From Podarcis tiliguerta (taxonomy: Eukaryota): a DNA stretch of 64,000 nt. A model generated the notes under the pieces. The model ran no database searches. It worked only from the letters and a program-made list of their open reading frames with translations, and was not told the origin of the DNA. The position numbers were made by a program, and so were the translations under genes. Shown here one piece after another: positions 13,396 to 26,432 of the stretch. The stretch lies in assembly GCA_965153285.1 (NCBI GenBank), contig OZ229115.1, one strand, 5' to 3'. The first letter of the stretch is position 1, and each line of letters opens with the position of its first letter.

Positions 13396-14512
13396 GTTTA
13401 GTATGTGCAGTAGGTGCTGCTGGGCCAGCAAGTCCTACTTTCATATACCAATTTGTGAATAGTCAGGTGAGGCAGATATAGCTGTCAGAACAGGACTTCA
13501 AAAATAAGAGGCGTGTAAGACCAAACAGCACATTATGAGGCAATAATAATTAGAACTTCCAATAATAATAATAATAATAAGAACTTCCAATTCATTTTCT
13601 TTTTTAAAAAAGTTGTTACTCACCTAAGGGTGAGGGTTATTAGAGTTTTGTTTTTGTTTTTATGATCACTAGTAAGTGATACTTAACGCTTTTCCTAATC
13701 AAAATCCTGCTTTCCCCACCCCATCCCAGTTGTGGCTCAGAAAAAAGGGGCAATTTCTCCCAGCTGCATTTCAATAAAAGCAGGCACACACATTGTGGGA
13801 TCCAATTTCTGATTTCCTGCATATTTGTAGTTTAGACCTTTAGGAGCTGCAAAATCTGAAATACAGGACATTTCTTGTTTTCTGTGGTAGCAGTTCTTAA
13901 ACTGTCCGTGGTCCACAATGCATCTTCTGATGGTCTATGATAGCCGGTCAATAGAGGAAATGCCTAAGGTGTTTTGCAGAGTGAAAAAGTGCAAATGCTA
14001 AATTAAAATCCATTTCCTTCACTCTGTTGCAGCAATATTTGAATACGTAAAGGGAATGGGAAAACGTTGCTAGGCTTCCACATCCTATGAGCCGTTGAGA
14101 CATTTGTCAAGACATCTTGTTTTAACTGACAAATATCTTAGACATCAAGCACATTTACTGTTGGCACATGGCCCACAGAGAGCTGACAGAGTGTGAATGT
14201 GGCCCTAAGGTCTAAAAGGTTGCTCCTGATTTAAGGAAAAGAATGAAATGTAAGGTTCATCCCTTTATTCCTCCATAGCTTCATATTAAAAAAATTGAGT
14301 TGTTAGGGGTAAATGAATGGTTTGCTTACTGTTATCCAAATTTGCAATAGGTGGTAGTTTTTCAGTAATGTTGGTTTGGGTATGCTGATATCAGTCTTAA
14401 CTGCTCTTGCTTGTAGCTGTGGCACTGTACTCTGAAGATATATTATCAACTTCAGCCTAGAAAATTCATGTAATACATGTTGTTTAACATGTGTACTAAA
14501 ATGACTGAGATA

Positions 14513-14514
<2 letters not shown>

Positions 14515-14556
<42 letters not shown>

Positions 14557-14576
14557 GTATGTGTGTGTGTGTGTGT
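14515..14576. repeat. Compound (TCTG)n(TC)n(TG)n microsatellite
   Basis: Read directly from the sequence. Confidence 0.9.
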
Positions 14577-16215
14577 AAAATACTTTGAACATTCTTAAGG
14601 CTAGAGAAGACTGTTCACTACTCAGAATCTAAGTGGTATTTTACTGAGTACATAAATCCTTCCATGAACAGGGCCTTTGTCCTGAGAAGTATAGGGGCAA
14701 AACTATTAAGGGGAGGGGCAGGATATTTTTAACACACTTTGTAGTTGTCTGTGGAAGAGAAGTGGCTTTCCTCCCCAGCAGGTTTTGGGGTTGTAGAGAG
14801 CAGGAAAGCTTGGCTATTTATTCCCTAGCTCTTTCTTCATGGTTGATCTGACCTCCTGGGCTCTGAGGGAGTATCCTGTACCAGATGCTGTCAAAATATT
14901 CTGCGTTGTTACATGAAACTAAGGACAGGCCTGGGACTTGGTGTGTGCAAAGAGGAGTTTTACATGCAAATCTAACCCAGATGCCCTCTCCTGGGAGGTA
15001 TAAGCGAGGAGGCAGTGGTGCTGTGAATGTTGTGCAATTTCTGTTGCTGTTAAATGGGAACAGTCTTCCCCTTGCAATCGCAGATGTGTGTAGAAGTTAA
15101 GCATGTTGTAACCCAGGGATGCTTCCAGACTGGGAGTTCCTAGAGCTACTAAGCATTGCTCTTCTGCTGCGAGCTACAAGTGGAATGGCAATCGATTTCT
15201 ATGCTATTGGAAATATGACACTTTTTTGTGTCTGCATCTTGCTGTGTTTCATCCATACTGTTGACCATGACATAGCCCCGTGGGTGGAGAGGGAGAAAGT
15301 CCAGTTCCCCTAAGTGGCCCTTTAAAAACAAATAAATCCTGAGAAATCCATTAAACTCAATTTTTAAATCAGCACCAAAATACTTATTCATTTATCACTT
15401 GCTAGCTATTTTCATGGAAGCAGTTTTTAAAACATATTTTCTATATATTTCTATATTTTAAATATAAATATATGGAAAAGCATTTTAGCACCAACATGTA
15501 GTTAAGTTTCTGAAGTTTATGCTACATGTATGTTTCCATTGCAAACATTGTGTGTTTAGGTACATCAAAATGAAATGACATAGAGCTAGGTCAGTTCTGA
15601 AATTTGTATTGAGCACAGAATTCAACATCCTGAGGATCTCGGCTCAAAAAATGCAAATACCTTTTTCTCAAGGCTTGAAACTGTTTGGCAGTACACTGTG
15701 AATGCCTAAGAACCTACATGGAGGCTATGCAGAACTTTCAGTGGTCAGAAAAAAGTGCTTCAGTGCTGTGTATAGCTCCTTCCCTTCTTTTATGGTTGCA
15801 AGAAGCAAAATCATTTGCAAACGGTGCTAGTTTTTGCCATTTTGCTCAATTTGTATCGCTTGGGTGACATGATTCAGCAGCTGTTTGCATTAAAAATGCA
15901 AGCTGATCAAAACTCATTGTGAAGAATAAGAAAAATGGGCATGTCCACTCCAAAGATCATAATATAAACAAGATTGGAAACAGACTTTTCTGGAAGTGTT
16001 ATCTTCATGGTGCAAGGCAGAATGGATTAAGAGGATCGGGTTGGGTGGGAGGAAGAAAACTGAAGTCAGAGAGACACATTGGCAGTTTTAAGAATATGGG
16101 TTTAACTAGGTTATCTATAGCCATGCAAGAAAATTTTGCTCTCTTAATAAGAGAATGTCCCTTGTAACGACACTCTTGAGTTGTCCAGTCATTTCTAAAC
16201 ATTGTTAGCATAGAT

Positions 16216-16351
16216 CAGGCACCTCCAAACTCGGCCCTCCAGCTGTTTTGGGACTACAACTCCCATCATCCCTGACCACTGGTCCTGTTAGCTAGGGATG
16301 ATGGGAGTTGTAGTCCCAAAACAGCTGGAGGGCCAAGTTTGAGGGTTCCTG
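16216..16351. mobile_element. 136-bp palindromic hAT MITE with a perfect 8-bp TSD
   Basis: ~58-bp near-perfect inverted arms around a 20-nt spacer; TSD GCATAGAT at 16208-16215 and 16352-16359. Confidence 0.92.
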
Positions 16352-17482
16352 GCATAGATGCTTCAGCTCCTGTTGCCTAATAAAGTAAATATAGCCCAAT
16401 ACTGATGTGTGGAAAACCCTTAATGTAGCCATACCCAGTGGAAGAGCAAAATTCAGAAGTCTAGAACTAGAAGCAAGACAGGCTATGCCTCTTATGCAAC
16501 CATCCCAGATTATGCTAGTATCTGCCATTCCTGTTTCCCAGCCTACATTTGGGATGATAATAGCTCTTCCCATGATAAATGGGACCCTGAAGCCTCATCA
16601 TTTGTGCCTTGTCTAATCTATATTTCATGGTAATAGTCCCCTGGTCATGGACATTATGGCTTAAATAGCCTCTTCCTTGATCTTCTTACATGTTGAATTA
16701 TGCCCAGGGAAGATGGAGCATTTGTTTAAAGGACTTGGCTGGTTCTTGAAGTGTATGGTTCTCTTATGAGTTGCAGTGAATCTGTTGTCTTGCTGTATAA
16801 CCTGTATTTTAGTATCCTTAGGAGAATACTTCATAGCCTTGACTAATCCAGGCAAAGATTTGGAAATGTACAGTGATTCAATAATATTAGCTGTTCTGAC
16901 TCCAGCTGTCCCTTATATCATAATTTGTCCTTACATTTGACATGAACTGTGACACTGGGGAGTGACACCAGGAATTCTGTTCCAATTCGTACAAATGATG
17001 CAAATGTGGTTCTGCATGCAACTGGTGCATTTGATAATGGTAACTCAGACACTGTATTTGAAGTTGGGAGTGTGAGCCCTGGCGACGGCAGTGCAGAAAA
17101 GTCCAGGGCCCTGTTCCAAATACAGCAGGACTGGCTTACCACAGTTTGAAGTAAGTGAAGTAATTCACAAATCCATCTAAATCCCCCTCACCCAAAGAGG
17201 GGCACCCCCACCCCATAAGACCTTTAAGTCCAAAGTCCCAAATTACCTAACTGTACCACTGAATGAGAGCTGCTTTATAGATTGCAGAAGCTGTCCTGAG
17301 TGCCTACTTCAGAATTTCTCCGCTTTTTATAGTCTGTGTTAATTGGAAGCATTTGTGAGTATAATGCCCTGTGGAAACTAGACTACTGAATCCATATGAA
17401 GCACTGCCTTTCCCTAAGGTTGTGAAAATATCCTGAAAGAGAGATCTTCTGAGGCCTTCTGTTCCATAAGGCAGTGCCAGTA

Positions 17483-17730
17483 CAGTGGTACCTTGGTTTA
17501 AGAGCAGTTTAGTGAACAACTTGGATTAAGAATGCTGCAAACCCAGAAGTAGGTGTTTTGGTTTGTGAACTTTGCCTTGGAAGCAGAACATGTTTTGCTT
17601 CCTGTTGAGTGTGTTCCATTTGTAAATTGAGTCCCCGGCTGCTATGTGAAAGCATGCCTTGGTTTAAGAACACTTTGGTTTAAGAACGGACTTCCAGAAC
17701 GGATTAAGTTTGTAAACCAAGGTACCACTG
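17483..17730. mobile_element. Tc1/mariner-pogo (Tigger-like) MITE
   Basis: Perfect 18-bp TIR CAGTGGTACCTTGGTTTA / TAAACCAAGGTACCACTG, flanked by TA on both sides. Confidence 0.9.
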
Positions 17731-20700
17731 TATAGGATCGATCAGGGTTGGTATTATTTGGCCTTCAAGGACGCCCATAAGCAGAGGCCTCCAACAAGCC
17801 CCCTAGTGTAAAACTGGCAGGGGTAGTTCAAAACAAAACACTAATTTCCTTCTTTTGTATCCAGCTCCACCCCCTCCCCCATGCTGTGTACATTTGTTTC
17901 TGTTTGAAATTTGAATCCCTTCATAAAGTCTTGCCTTACTCTGCCCTGTCCAGAGGCCTGCCTTTTGGAGTAGTGGTTGTAGACGTCTGCAGGCCGGTAA
18001 TGGCAAAATGATGCCGATTTTCTACAGCCGGTTTTAATGAGGAGAATGTCTTTTATTCTTGCTGCTAATGGAAAGGCTTCCCTCATTTGGGCGAAGTCCA
18101 AAATATTTATCCATTTATAATAATAATAAAAAATTGTATACTGCAATTTCATAACATCAAAGCAGTCTACATGTATAGTCTACATGTATTACAATGCAAT
18201 AAAAGCCACACAAAAATTAAAACAGATCGCCACCTGACTTTTATGGGAAACATGTTTCTTAATTGTCTGCTTAAGCCTGGTGGCTTGATGTAGGAAATTG
18301 TCTCTTTCAATCCTAGTTATTTGATACAGCTGGAAATGTGGGATTGTTTTCTTCACAGCTGCTGGAGCCTATCAAAACTCCTCCTCCTACTTGCATGGAA
18401 ACATGCTAGGAGCATATAGAGTACCCTACCAGGTACCTACTCATGGATGGAGAGAGGTTTCTAATTTATGTTTAAATTGCAGTCCTGAAAGTTAGTATGG
18501 TTTATTAACAAAGCCTTCCTTGCTTGCTGACTGCTATATCAGCATAATGCCTTGTTGAAAAGCGCTTGGTTCCCTGAAAAGTGATAAAAGATAAGGCTGA
18601 CTCTTACCAAATAAGGAATTAGAGTCTCCAGGCTAGATGGAAATTCACAAACACACTGAAAAATCTCCAAAAGTATGCTTTGGCATTCCCTATACATAGC
18701 TATGTCTGCCACTGAAAGGTCTAATTTTCATTCCCATAAAGTTGAACATTAGCTAGATTTTGTATTGCAGCTATATCAAGAGAAGCATGGTCAGCACAAC
18801 TCCCTGTGTCATTATCCTCCATAGTGAGGATTGGTTTCCTTCTGTTTCGCTCTCTCTGTGTGCTTTGTGATGAGAGGAGGGAAAGGTGTGATGGAGAGGG
18901 GAAATAAAAGCACATGGTCTGCTGAGCCATATTCATTGCTCTGGCATGATGCAACCCGTGCTTATTTCTAGACTCTTCCTTCATTACGTATGCTCTTAGC
19001 AAAAGTGCTTGAAAGTCCGGACTCTCTCTTGGTACTTCCACTACCCATTTCTTTGATGAAGTCAGAAATGGCTTCCTATAGGCACTTTCAGGATAGCACT
19101 AATGCTCTTACAGAAGAGCTAATGGTCTCTCGCAAGCTGAGTAGCAAGAAAAAGCATTTGCTGATTGAGTCTGATAGGCTCAGGCTTTTCTCCAATTACT
19201 TGGGCTTTCTATCCATGTCAATTAGGTACTTAACTTTGAAATTGTTCTAGACTGTGATTCTCTGCTTCCTAAGTTTCTAGTTCTCAACAGCTGCAGAATA
19301 AAACAGGGAAATGAGCAGCTTATGTTGATAACAAGAGTCCCCAAGTTATCCTATCTGTTCTGACCAATGCGAGAAAACCCTCTGATCTGACTGGAAAGCA
19401 AAGGAAGGGAGACGTCCTCCATGGTGGATCATGAAACAGTGAGCCGAAGCTCTTAATAAACTCACTCACAACTCAGGCTGCTCATTACTGGCGGGCAGTT
19501 GCTAGGCACAGTGCTATACTAGCCGTATGTGAGAAAGAATCTGATCTCTGTTTTTAGCAGGGACAGTTTTAGGATGCATTCTGCTGTCAAAAACAAGATT
19601 AGGACAGAGTGTGGGCTGACGGGGAAATAAGAGGACAGAATCCTCTCTGTGGGGAATCTTCCTGGATCAGACATTTCTATGTAGCGAGGCTGCCAAGGAG
19701 GTGGGGAAGGGGGGAAGCTCCTTCTTGGCCTCAGGGCTGTGGCTTTCACTCTTAAGACTAGAGCCCATTTGTGCTTTGGATGCCAGCCCAATTGGTTCCC
19801 CTCTCTATAAATGTTGGCTTTTGCTGATGGAGCTAAACAGCCATGCCATTGTGTGTGAGTCGGGGCCACTGGAGAAACTGCCCGAGTGGTGTTTTGTATA
19901 GTGTGTCAGTGTGTGTTCCCTTTTTGGGTTGTCTCATTCCCTCCTCCTGCTGCCGAGACTCGGTTGTCATGGCAATCATGTCATGGGGGCTGCTGCTTTT
20001 CCATCCTGGAGGCACAGAAAGGCTCATATGTAGCCTACCCAAGGGAGCAGCCCCACCGTTTCTGAACATCCTTTGCAAAGTGGACGTGGGCTTGCTGGCA
20101 CATGGTAAACCTCTCGCTAGAGGTTGCAGTCTTGTGACTGTCAGTGTCAGACACACCCGATACCACCACACTCATGGGCTTGGCTAGAGCCCCAGATGGC
20201 AATGTATGCCTCTTCCACAAAGCATCAGATCTGGTGTTCCTGGCAACTTATCTGGCTCTGAGAAGAGGAGGCTGAACACAGGTTTGCACAAATAGCATCT
20301 CACTGAAGAAAGTTTCCATGCCTCTCACCCAGTTTTCAAAGAGTGGAAATACCAAAATGAAAATTTGCCATTATATAATAATAATAATGGAAATCAAGCT
20401 TCTTTAGAAATAAAAAAAACTATTCGGAACAGAGGAAGTGGCTTGTTAGCATCAGCAATTTCAAGAGGTGATAGATGATACATCGCTTGATGATTCGGGT
20501 GCTAAAAGGTCAAAAAAGCAATTGCTGCCAGTGCGGCTCATCTGGGTTTTGGTTTCATGCATTCTAGTTTTATAGGTCAGGAATATGACATTGCCAAGAA
20601 TTCTTCTCTGGTGAAGCAGACAGTGCTTCTGCCTAACAACCATATACTATGTGTTTGTTTTGTTTTTACACAGTTGCAAGACTGCATGAAAGGTGAGCTG

Positions 20701-20953
20701 ATAATTGCAGGACTCAAAAGTTTAGAGTGACACTAAATTGGTGGTGCTCCACCCCATGGAGTAGCACACACTTCCAGCAATGGGGTGCTATCCATTATCA
20801 TCTGCCTCCTCACTCAAAGCAGCTGATTATTTGTCAGTCAGGTGCCTACCTTTGCCAATGAGAGGTTGCTTTTTGAAGTTGGGCTTGGATAACTTCAGTT
20901 GCTGTGGGCCAGGCAACAAGCTTAGTGCAAAGCTTTCCTCACTTGATCTTCAT

Positions 20954-21101
20954 GGAAGTGTTGTAGCTCAGTGGTAGAGCACATGCTTAGCATGCAGAAG
21001 GTCCCAGGTTCAATCCTGGGCATCTCCAGTTAGGGCTGGGAAAGGCTCCTGCCCAAAATCCTGGAGGGCCATTGTCAGTCACAGTCAGTCAGCTTCCTAT
21101 G
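20954..21101 (+). mobile_element. tRNA-derived SINE (Squam3-like)
   Basis: A box tagctcagtggtagagc, B box ggttcaatcc, body ctccag..agggctgggaaa and tail cagcttcctatg. Confidence 0.8.
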
Positions 21102-22856
21102 ACAATGAGATAGCTCTCTAATTCTGGCCTTTTCTAATTCCTATTGACTGCTAACAAGTGGATTTTGAAGTCTTTGAAAGACACCCTTTGGGGTTTTGTG
21201 TCAGACCCTGAAGCTGAGAGAGCTGTCTGCATGTACATAATTGAGATTGGGTTGAGGCTGAGGCCCCAACACCCTCTTGTGGGCAATGCTTAGAAGACCT
21301 TTAAATCCCACCGCATCTCCTCACCATTTCTTAATGAAGAGGTAATGGCAGATGGCTCCACAGCAAGGGTGTTAAAGCAAGTCCTGGCGTGACCCTCATT
21401 TTTGTCTAATACTTCCAGCCCACATGCAGCAGGGTTAAGCTAGCCAGTTGGTGAAATACCAGTTTATTTCCCCCTCCTGCTAGGAAAAAGGGACAGCAGC
21501 TTGGCCAAAGGGCTTGGAGTGGAATGAGCCGTCAATGGGTCTTTTCTAATGCGGATTTGTGAGGTCCTTGTATTGGATGAATAAAGCCTTTTGTGCCTGT
21601 GGCGCTCTTGTGTTCACCAAGCTATGACATAACAGCTCAGAAGGGTGACACCTGCCAGGTCATGTTAGTGCTATTACCAGTCACCTTGTGACTCGTTAAG
21701 CCTGGGTTACATGGAGTAATAGCTTAGCTGCTTCCATCTCTCTAATGCAAAGCTGCCAATTCTTCTAGGTGCAGGTGGTGTAGGGTGGTGAACGCTCTGG
21801 GATGGTGGGGTGGATTGAGGTAGAGGGGGGCATTAAACAGCCTTTTGAGACAGCCTGATCCTACTGGATATGTTCCCCACCCTCAGAGCCTAAGCCGGCC
21901 TTCGTCAACCTGCTGCCCTTTGACTCTAAGCCATTATTGATTTTATGATTAACAGCCCATCATGGAGATGATTTCCTAGCAGCTACAGCCTTCCTAGTGA
22001 ACAGCTTGAAAGACCATAACCTGTTGAATTAGATTCATTTTGTCAAAGGTCTTTTGGATCCCCAGCAGGACTTTCTGACATTATTTTATTTTGGCACAGT
22101 AGGCCTCACCCCGATCTGGAACCCCACCCCATTCCATATCACAAATGGATTTTGAAACTCCCCTGAATTTTGTAAGTGGCTTCTGTGTGGTGCTAGCTTT
22201 TGAAGTTCCAGGAAAGAAAAGTCCAGAGCCTTGGTTCTGAGCACAAACACCGCATGGTCAAAGCTGAGCAGGATCTATACAAGTAGCAGATGTAGGAAGG
22301 AGCTGCTTTATTCCCTTTTGAGCACCAGAATGCAAGGCAGTTTTTGTTGTCTCGTTTCCTTTTGCTCTCCCGAGTGCCATGGACAGGATGGGATGTTTTA
22401 ATTCTCCCCTCTTTCCCACACCCCCTTTCCTGGAGTCCATGATAGAAAATACTGATTTCCCCTTCCCTGAGATAACACATGAATCTCTGTATCTATCTCG
22501 TCTACATTTTGATCTTTGCATAGAAGTGTAACAGATGCACCTCCTGCATTTCAAGGCCTTTAGCCCTTCTGTTAAACCTTCCTCCTTTCTGCATGCACCT
22601 CTTCTGTGTGTGCAGCTATATATAACATGTCAACTGAGATTAACGTTTCATGTCTCTAGTAGCCCCTGAAAGCTGATAAGTCTTTCAGGTTCCACACGAC
22701 TCTGTTTTGGGGTTGTTTTTTTTAAATAGCAAGTTGGCTAGTCCACATTACAAACATAGTGCCAAGCTTATATATGGCACTTTGTTAACTGCCTTGAGGT
22801 TTGTTTTGTTTTGCACGGAAATTAGTCAATACATTCTCTATTTTTAGATCTTATAA

Positions 22857-23012
22857 TGATTTATGCTGAAATTGTTCAATTATGGTTGTGTACTTTTTGA
22901 TATGTTTTCCTTATTGTTTATGACTACTTTTGTTTGTAATCATGTAAATCATTTCACGTTGTAAGCCACCTTGAGTATGGTTTTAATTATGGAAAGGCAG
23001 CATGCAGATTAA
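22857..23012 (+). mobile_element. L2-type 3' tail fragment (same family as 58761-58912)
   Basis: Aligns by eye with 58761-58912 (ttgtaagccaccttgag.atggttt...ggaaagg). Confidence 0.6.
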
Positions 23013-23558
23013 ACTACAAACATGATATATTTCAGAATTTGTACACCAGTGATGCACCATGAGAATCTGTTTACTTGGATTCAACCAATATTAAACTTGG
23101 TGTCTTGGCTAATGCCCCAAATTCTCTGTGGTGTTTGTGCCCTGGAATAGCTACTGGATGTGACATCTCACTCCCTAATGAATTCTTTAGTGTGGCTGCA
23201 GAATTGGTTGATGCACATACCTCTTGTTGCCTGGACGGAGAGAGTTGTGTGTCTGACCACACCCAGTTTTGTCACTCATACCACTGTTATGCAGCCTCAG
23301 GAAGGTTGCCCATGAAGGAGTTGTTATTATTATGATTATCATTGTTATTTACCTGTCAGTGTCACCCTTTAATCAATAATTAAAGCACAGTGTTTAAAAA
23401 AACTTCCAGTCAAAGAAAGAAGATGGGTCCTAAGTATATACACCTCAGGTGTCAAAAACCAGGGTTTATCAGACTTTCGGCTGATAAGTGTTCCCCATCC
23501 CTGGCTTGCGAAATAAAAGGAACTTGTCCTCACTCCTCCCCCTCCATTTTCTCTCCAG

Positions 23559-23781
23559 GATCCGTCCTCAGATGCCAAAGGAGAAGATAGAAGGATGCCA
23601 CATCTGCACATCAGTGACACCTGGCGAACCCCAGGTGCTCCTGGGAAAGGACAAAGCCTTTACCTACGACTTTGTCTTCGACCTGGATACATGGCAGGAA
23701 CAAATCTACACAACCTGTGTGAGCAAACTCATCGAGGGCTGCTTCGAGGGGTACAATGCAACTGTGTTGGCATATGGCCAG
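23559..23781 (+). CDS. KIF21B: KIF21B exon 2 (motor domain, [13 protein letters not shown]...NATVLAYGQ)
   Basis: ctctccag| acceptor and CAG|gtgggt donor; 223 nt; kinesin FTYDFVFD and [11 protein letters not shown] motifs. Confidence 0.97.
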
Positions 23782-24174
23782 GTGGGTGGCTCCTTTACCA
23801 TCTTCACAGCCTCTACCAGGAGCTGTTCAGAGTATTTGTTGCCTTTTCAGGTTTATCATCTTAATTTAGCATGGAACAGTCTTTGTCTGAAAGAAGGAAA
23901 AAATAGGGAACAACCACTATTAGTGGTTGGTTGACTTTTTTTTGGTGGTTGTTACTAGGAAACAGAACTTTGACAGGCTCCCAAAGCTACTTTCCTGCTC
24001 TTCTTTTTTTGCAAATGACTAATTGATTGGAGTACATCTGTGGAGTGCTAGAGACTATTTCCATGTGTAGTGCTTGCCATGAATGGATCACACATGTGTT
24101 AGTCCAGTCATGACTGTTGTCTTCATTGCTGATAGTTAAGGGAAAAGCTGAATGTATTCTGGGGGTCCAATTAT

Positions 24175-24322
24175 GGCTGTGTATACACCAAACAAGCTTC
24201 CACCCAAAGAATTCTGGGAGCTGAAGTTTGTTAAGGGTACTGGGAGTGGTAGCTCCCTGGGGGTAAACTACAGTTCCCATGATTCTTTGAAGGGAACCAT
24301 GTGCTTTTACTGTATGGTGGTT
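24175..24322. mobile_element. Degenerate palindromic MITE (possibly PIF/Harbinger-like)
   Basis: Inverted segments caaagaattctgggagctgaagttt and aaactacagttcccatgattctttg; begins ggctgtgtatacacca. Confidence 0.5.
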
Positions 24323-25664
24323 ACTAAGCCTCTGTGCACTTAGATCTTTTCCTCCTTTCAACCTTTCAAACTCAAGGTGGGGTTCCCAGGTAGCTTGCCA
24401 TCCAAGCACAGACCAGCAAAGTTGCTGCATCACATGCCTTCATACTGTACTCTAGAATTTGGTGGGTGCACATCTAAACCTCTTCAGAACCCTTCAGGTG
24501 CTTCCTGAGCCAAATCGCCCAAAGATGGAACCACGTTTTTATGTTTGTGAAATAATTGCATCAAAGATGGTGGTGGCTTGAGGGGAGCTGGTAGTGGGGA
24601 AATGTAAGTGCAGTTTTTTGGGGAAGGGTTTATACTTTGCATTATAAACTAATTTCTTAAACCTTCAGAAAAGGTGAAACCCACTTCAGACACTTGCTTA
24701 GAGAAGCAGAGCAAGCCAGCGGGTTAGTGGAAGCTGGTACAATGGGATTTTCCCCCATTCCCCCCATTTCTGTTCTCTCCCCAAATCTGCTGCTGGGATG
24801 GGGGGTGGAGAGATCCATTAGAACAACATGCAGGAGAAGAAGAGCCTGTTCCATTGCACAAGCAGAAATGCTTGCACTGATGGGAAAATCTCTTTAGTGC
24901 TACATTGAAAAAGGCAAAAGATTTATATGATCCGAAGAGAAACCAGAGTGCTAAATTAAATACAACCCAATGTATTGGTGTGACTTGAAGAACCACACTG
25001 GGGCTTTCCCAAGATTTTTTTGCCAGTCACCCTGCAAGTTTCTCCAGTATTTAGTTGCTGAAGGCTGTCTTGGTCATAGATATTTATTAAGAGTGACATA
25101 TGCTGCATCTGAACAGCTGGAACAGAGGTTTTCTCCAGAGGCATGAATATTAATAGCAGCAAAATAGATCTTCTGACTGCAATTTTTAAAATTGACCTTA
25201 ATTCTGTATGGTTGGTGCATTCACATATAGTGAGTGCCTTCTATCACCTTTCAGAGACCCAATGATAACCGAACAAAGGGCTGCTTCACAAAATTGTGGT
25301 GTGTTTTTTTTTAAAATGTGGAGATCACTTGAAGATGTCAGCCTCAGAGGTTTTGTCTTGTGTAATGAGTGAGGAAATAGATAAGCATACTGTGTTTGTG
25401 TTGCTTGATCCCTCTGGGAAGCTGAGCAGATTGAGCCCAATGGGAGATGGTCAACAAATGAGCAGTGGTGACAGCAGGGAGGAGGAGGAGGAGGAGGGCC
25501 CACATATGGGGTTGCCACACTGAAGGTATCTTGCCCAAGGACACTGCAATACCTGGAGTCAATGCTGATGATGACAAAAGGTATCTGGTAGCTGGTGGAC
25601 ACACCCAATTCATTAGTGCAGTGGTTCAGGCTACCATTTGCATCAGAATTATGCCAACCTTGAG

Positions 25665-25860
25665 AACATAAGAAGAGTCTGTTGGATCAGGTCAGTGGCC
25701 CTTTTGGTTCAGCTCCCATAGTGGCCAACCAGATGCCTGTGGGGAAACCACAAGCAGGACCTGAGTGCAACAGTGCTGCCCAACTTGTGATTCCTAGCAA
25801 CTGGTGTTCAGAGGCAGATAAAAAATAGCCATCATGTCTAGTAGCCATTGATATCCTTAT
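25665..25860 (-). mobile_element. CR1-like LINE 3' end
   Basis: acataagaagag...ggatcag...agtggccaaccagatgcc; a second copy lies at 41094. Confidence 0.55.
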
Positions 25861-26224
25861 TTTCCAAGTTGACGGACATTACTACCACTTCTGGGTGCAA
25901 TTTTCATAGTTAAACTATTCACTATATGAAGAAGTACAGTACGATCATATGTTGTGTGGGGGTCACGTTCCAGAGATGGCACATACATGCAAAGATGTGT
26001 GTTCTTGAACTGCCCCTGCAGAGCTTCCCCACCTTTATGAGAAGGCTCTTCCAAACAAGCCAAAGACCTTTAAAACTCTGCACTGGGGAAACATGATGCA
26101 GAAAGAGCTTTTAAACTCTCCATCTTGTGTGCATTTAATTTGCACAATTTCAACTGGCAGGACTTCAGCCATGCAAGATTGAGAATGAAATGTCCTGCTG
26201 TCTTTCTTTCTTTGTCTTTCTTTC

Positions 26225-26432
26225 TTAATTTATTTTGTGCGCTTATATATCCCACCTTTCCTCCAAGGAGCTCAAGGTGTTGTACATGGTTCTCCCCACC
26301 TATTCTATCCTCACAACAACCCTGTGAGGTAGGTTAGGCAGAGAGAGAGTGACTGCCCTAAAGTCACCTAGTTAGCTTCAGGGTCAAGTGGGGACCAGAA
26401 CCTCAGTGTGCCAGGTCTTAGTCCAACACTAT
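26225..26432 (-). mobile_element. MIR/CORE-like SINE with an L2-type tail
   Basis: atcctcacaacaaccctgtgaggtagg...gtgactg...aagtcacc; a second partial copy lies at ~26660-26802. Confidence 0.65.

Noticed and set aside
20954-21030. tRNA gene
   Set aside because: It has A and B boxes but continues into a SINE body and tail, and three further degenerate copies occur in the window. It is a tRNA-derived SINE head.
1-23558. KIF21B exon 1, or a separate nested protein-coding gene in intron 1
   Set aside because: I found no segment encoding the expected short N-terminus ending in ...VKVAVR with a phase-2 donor. The short ORFs here show no homology or exon chain.
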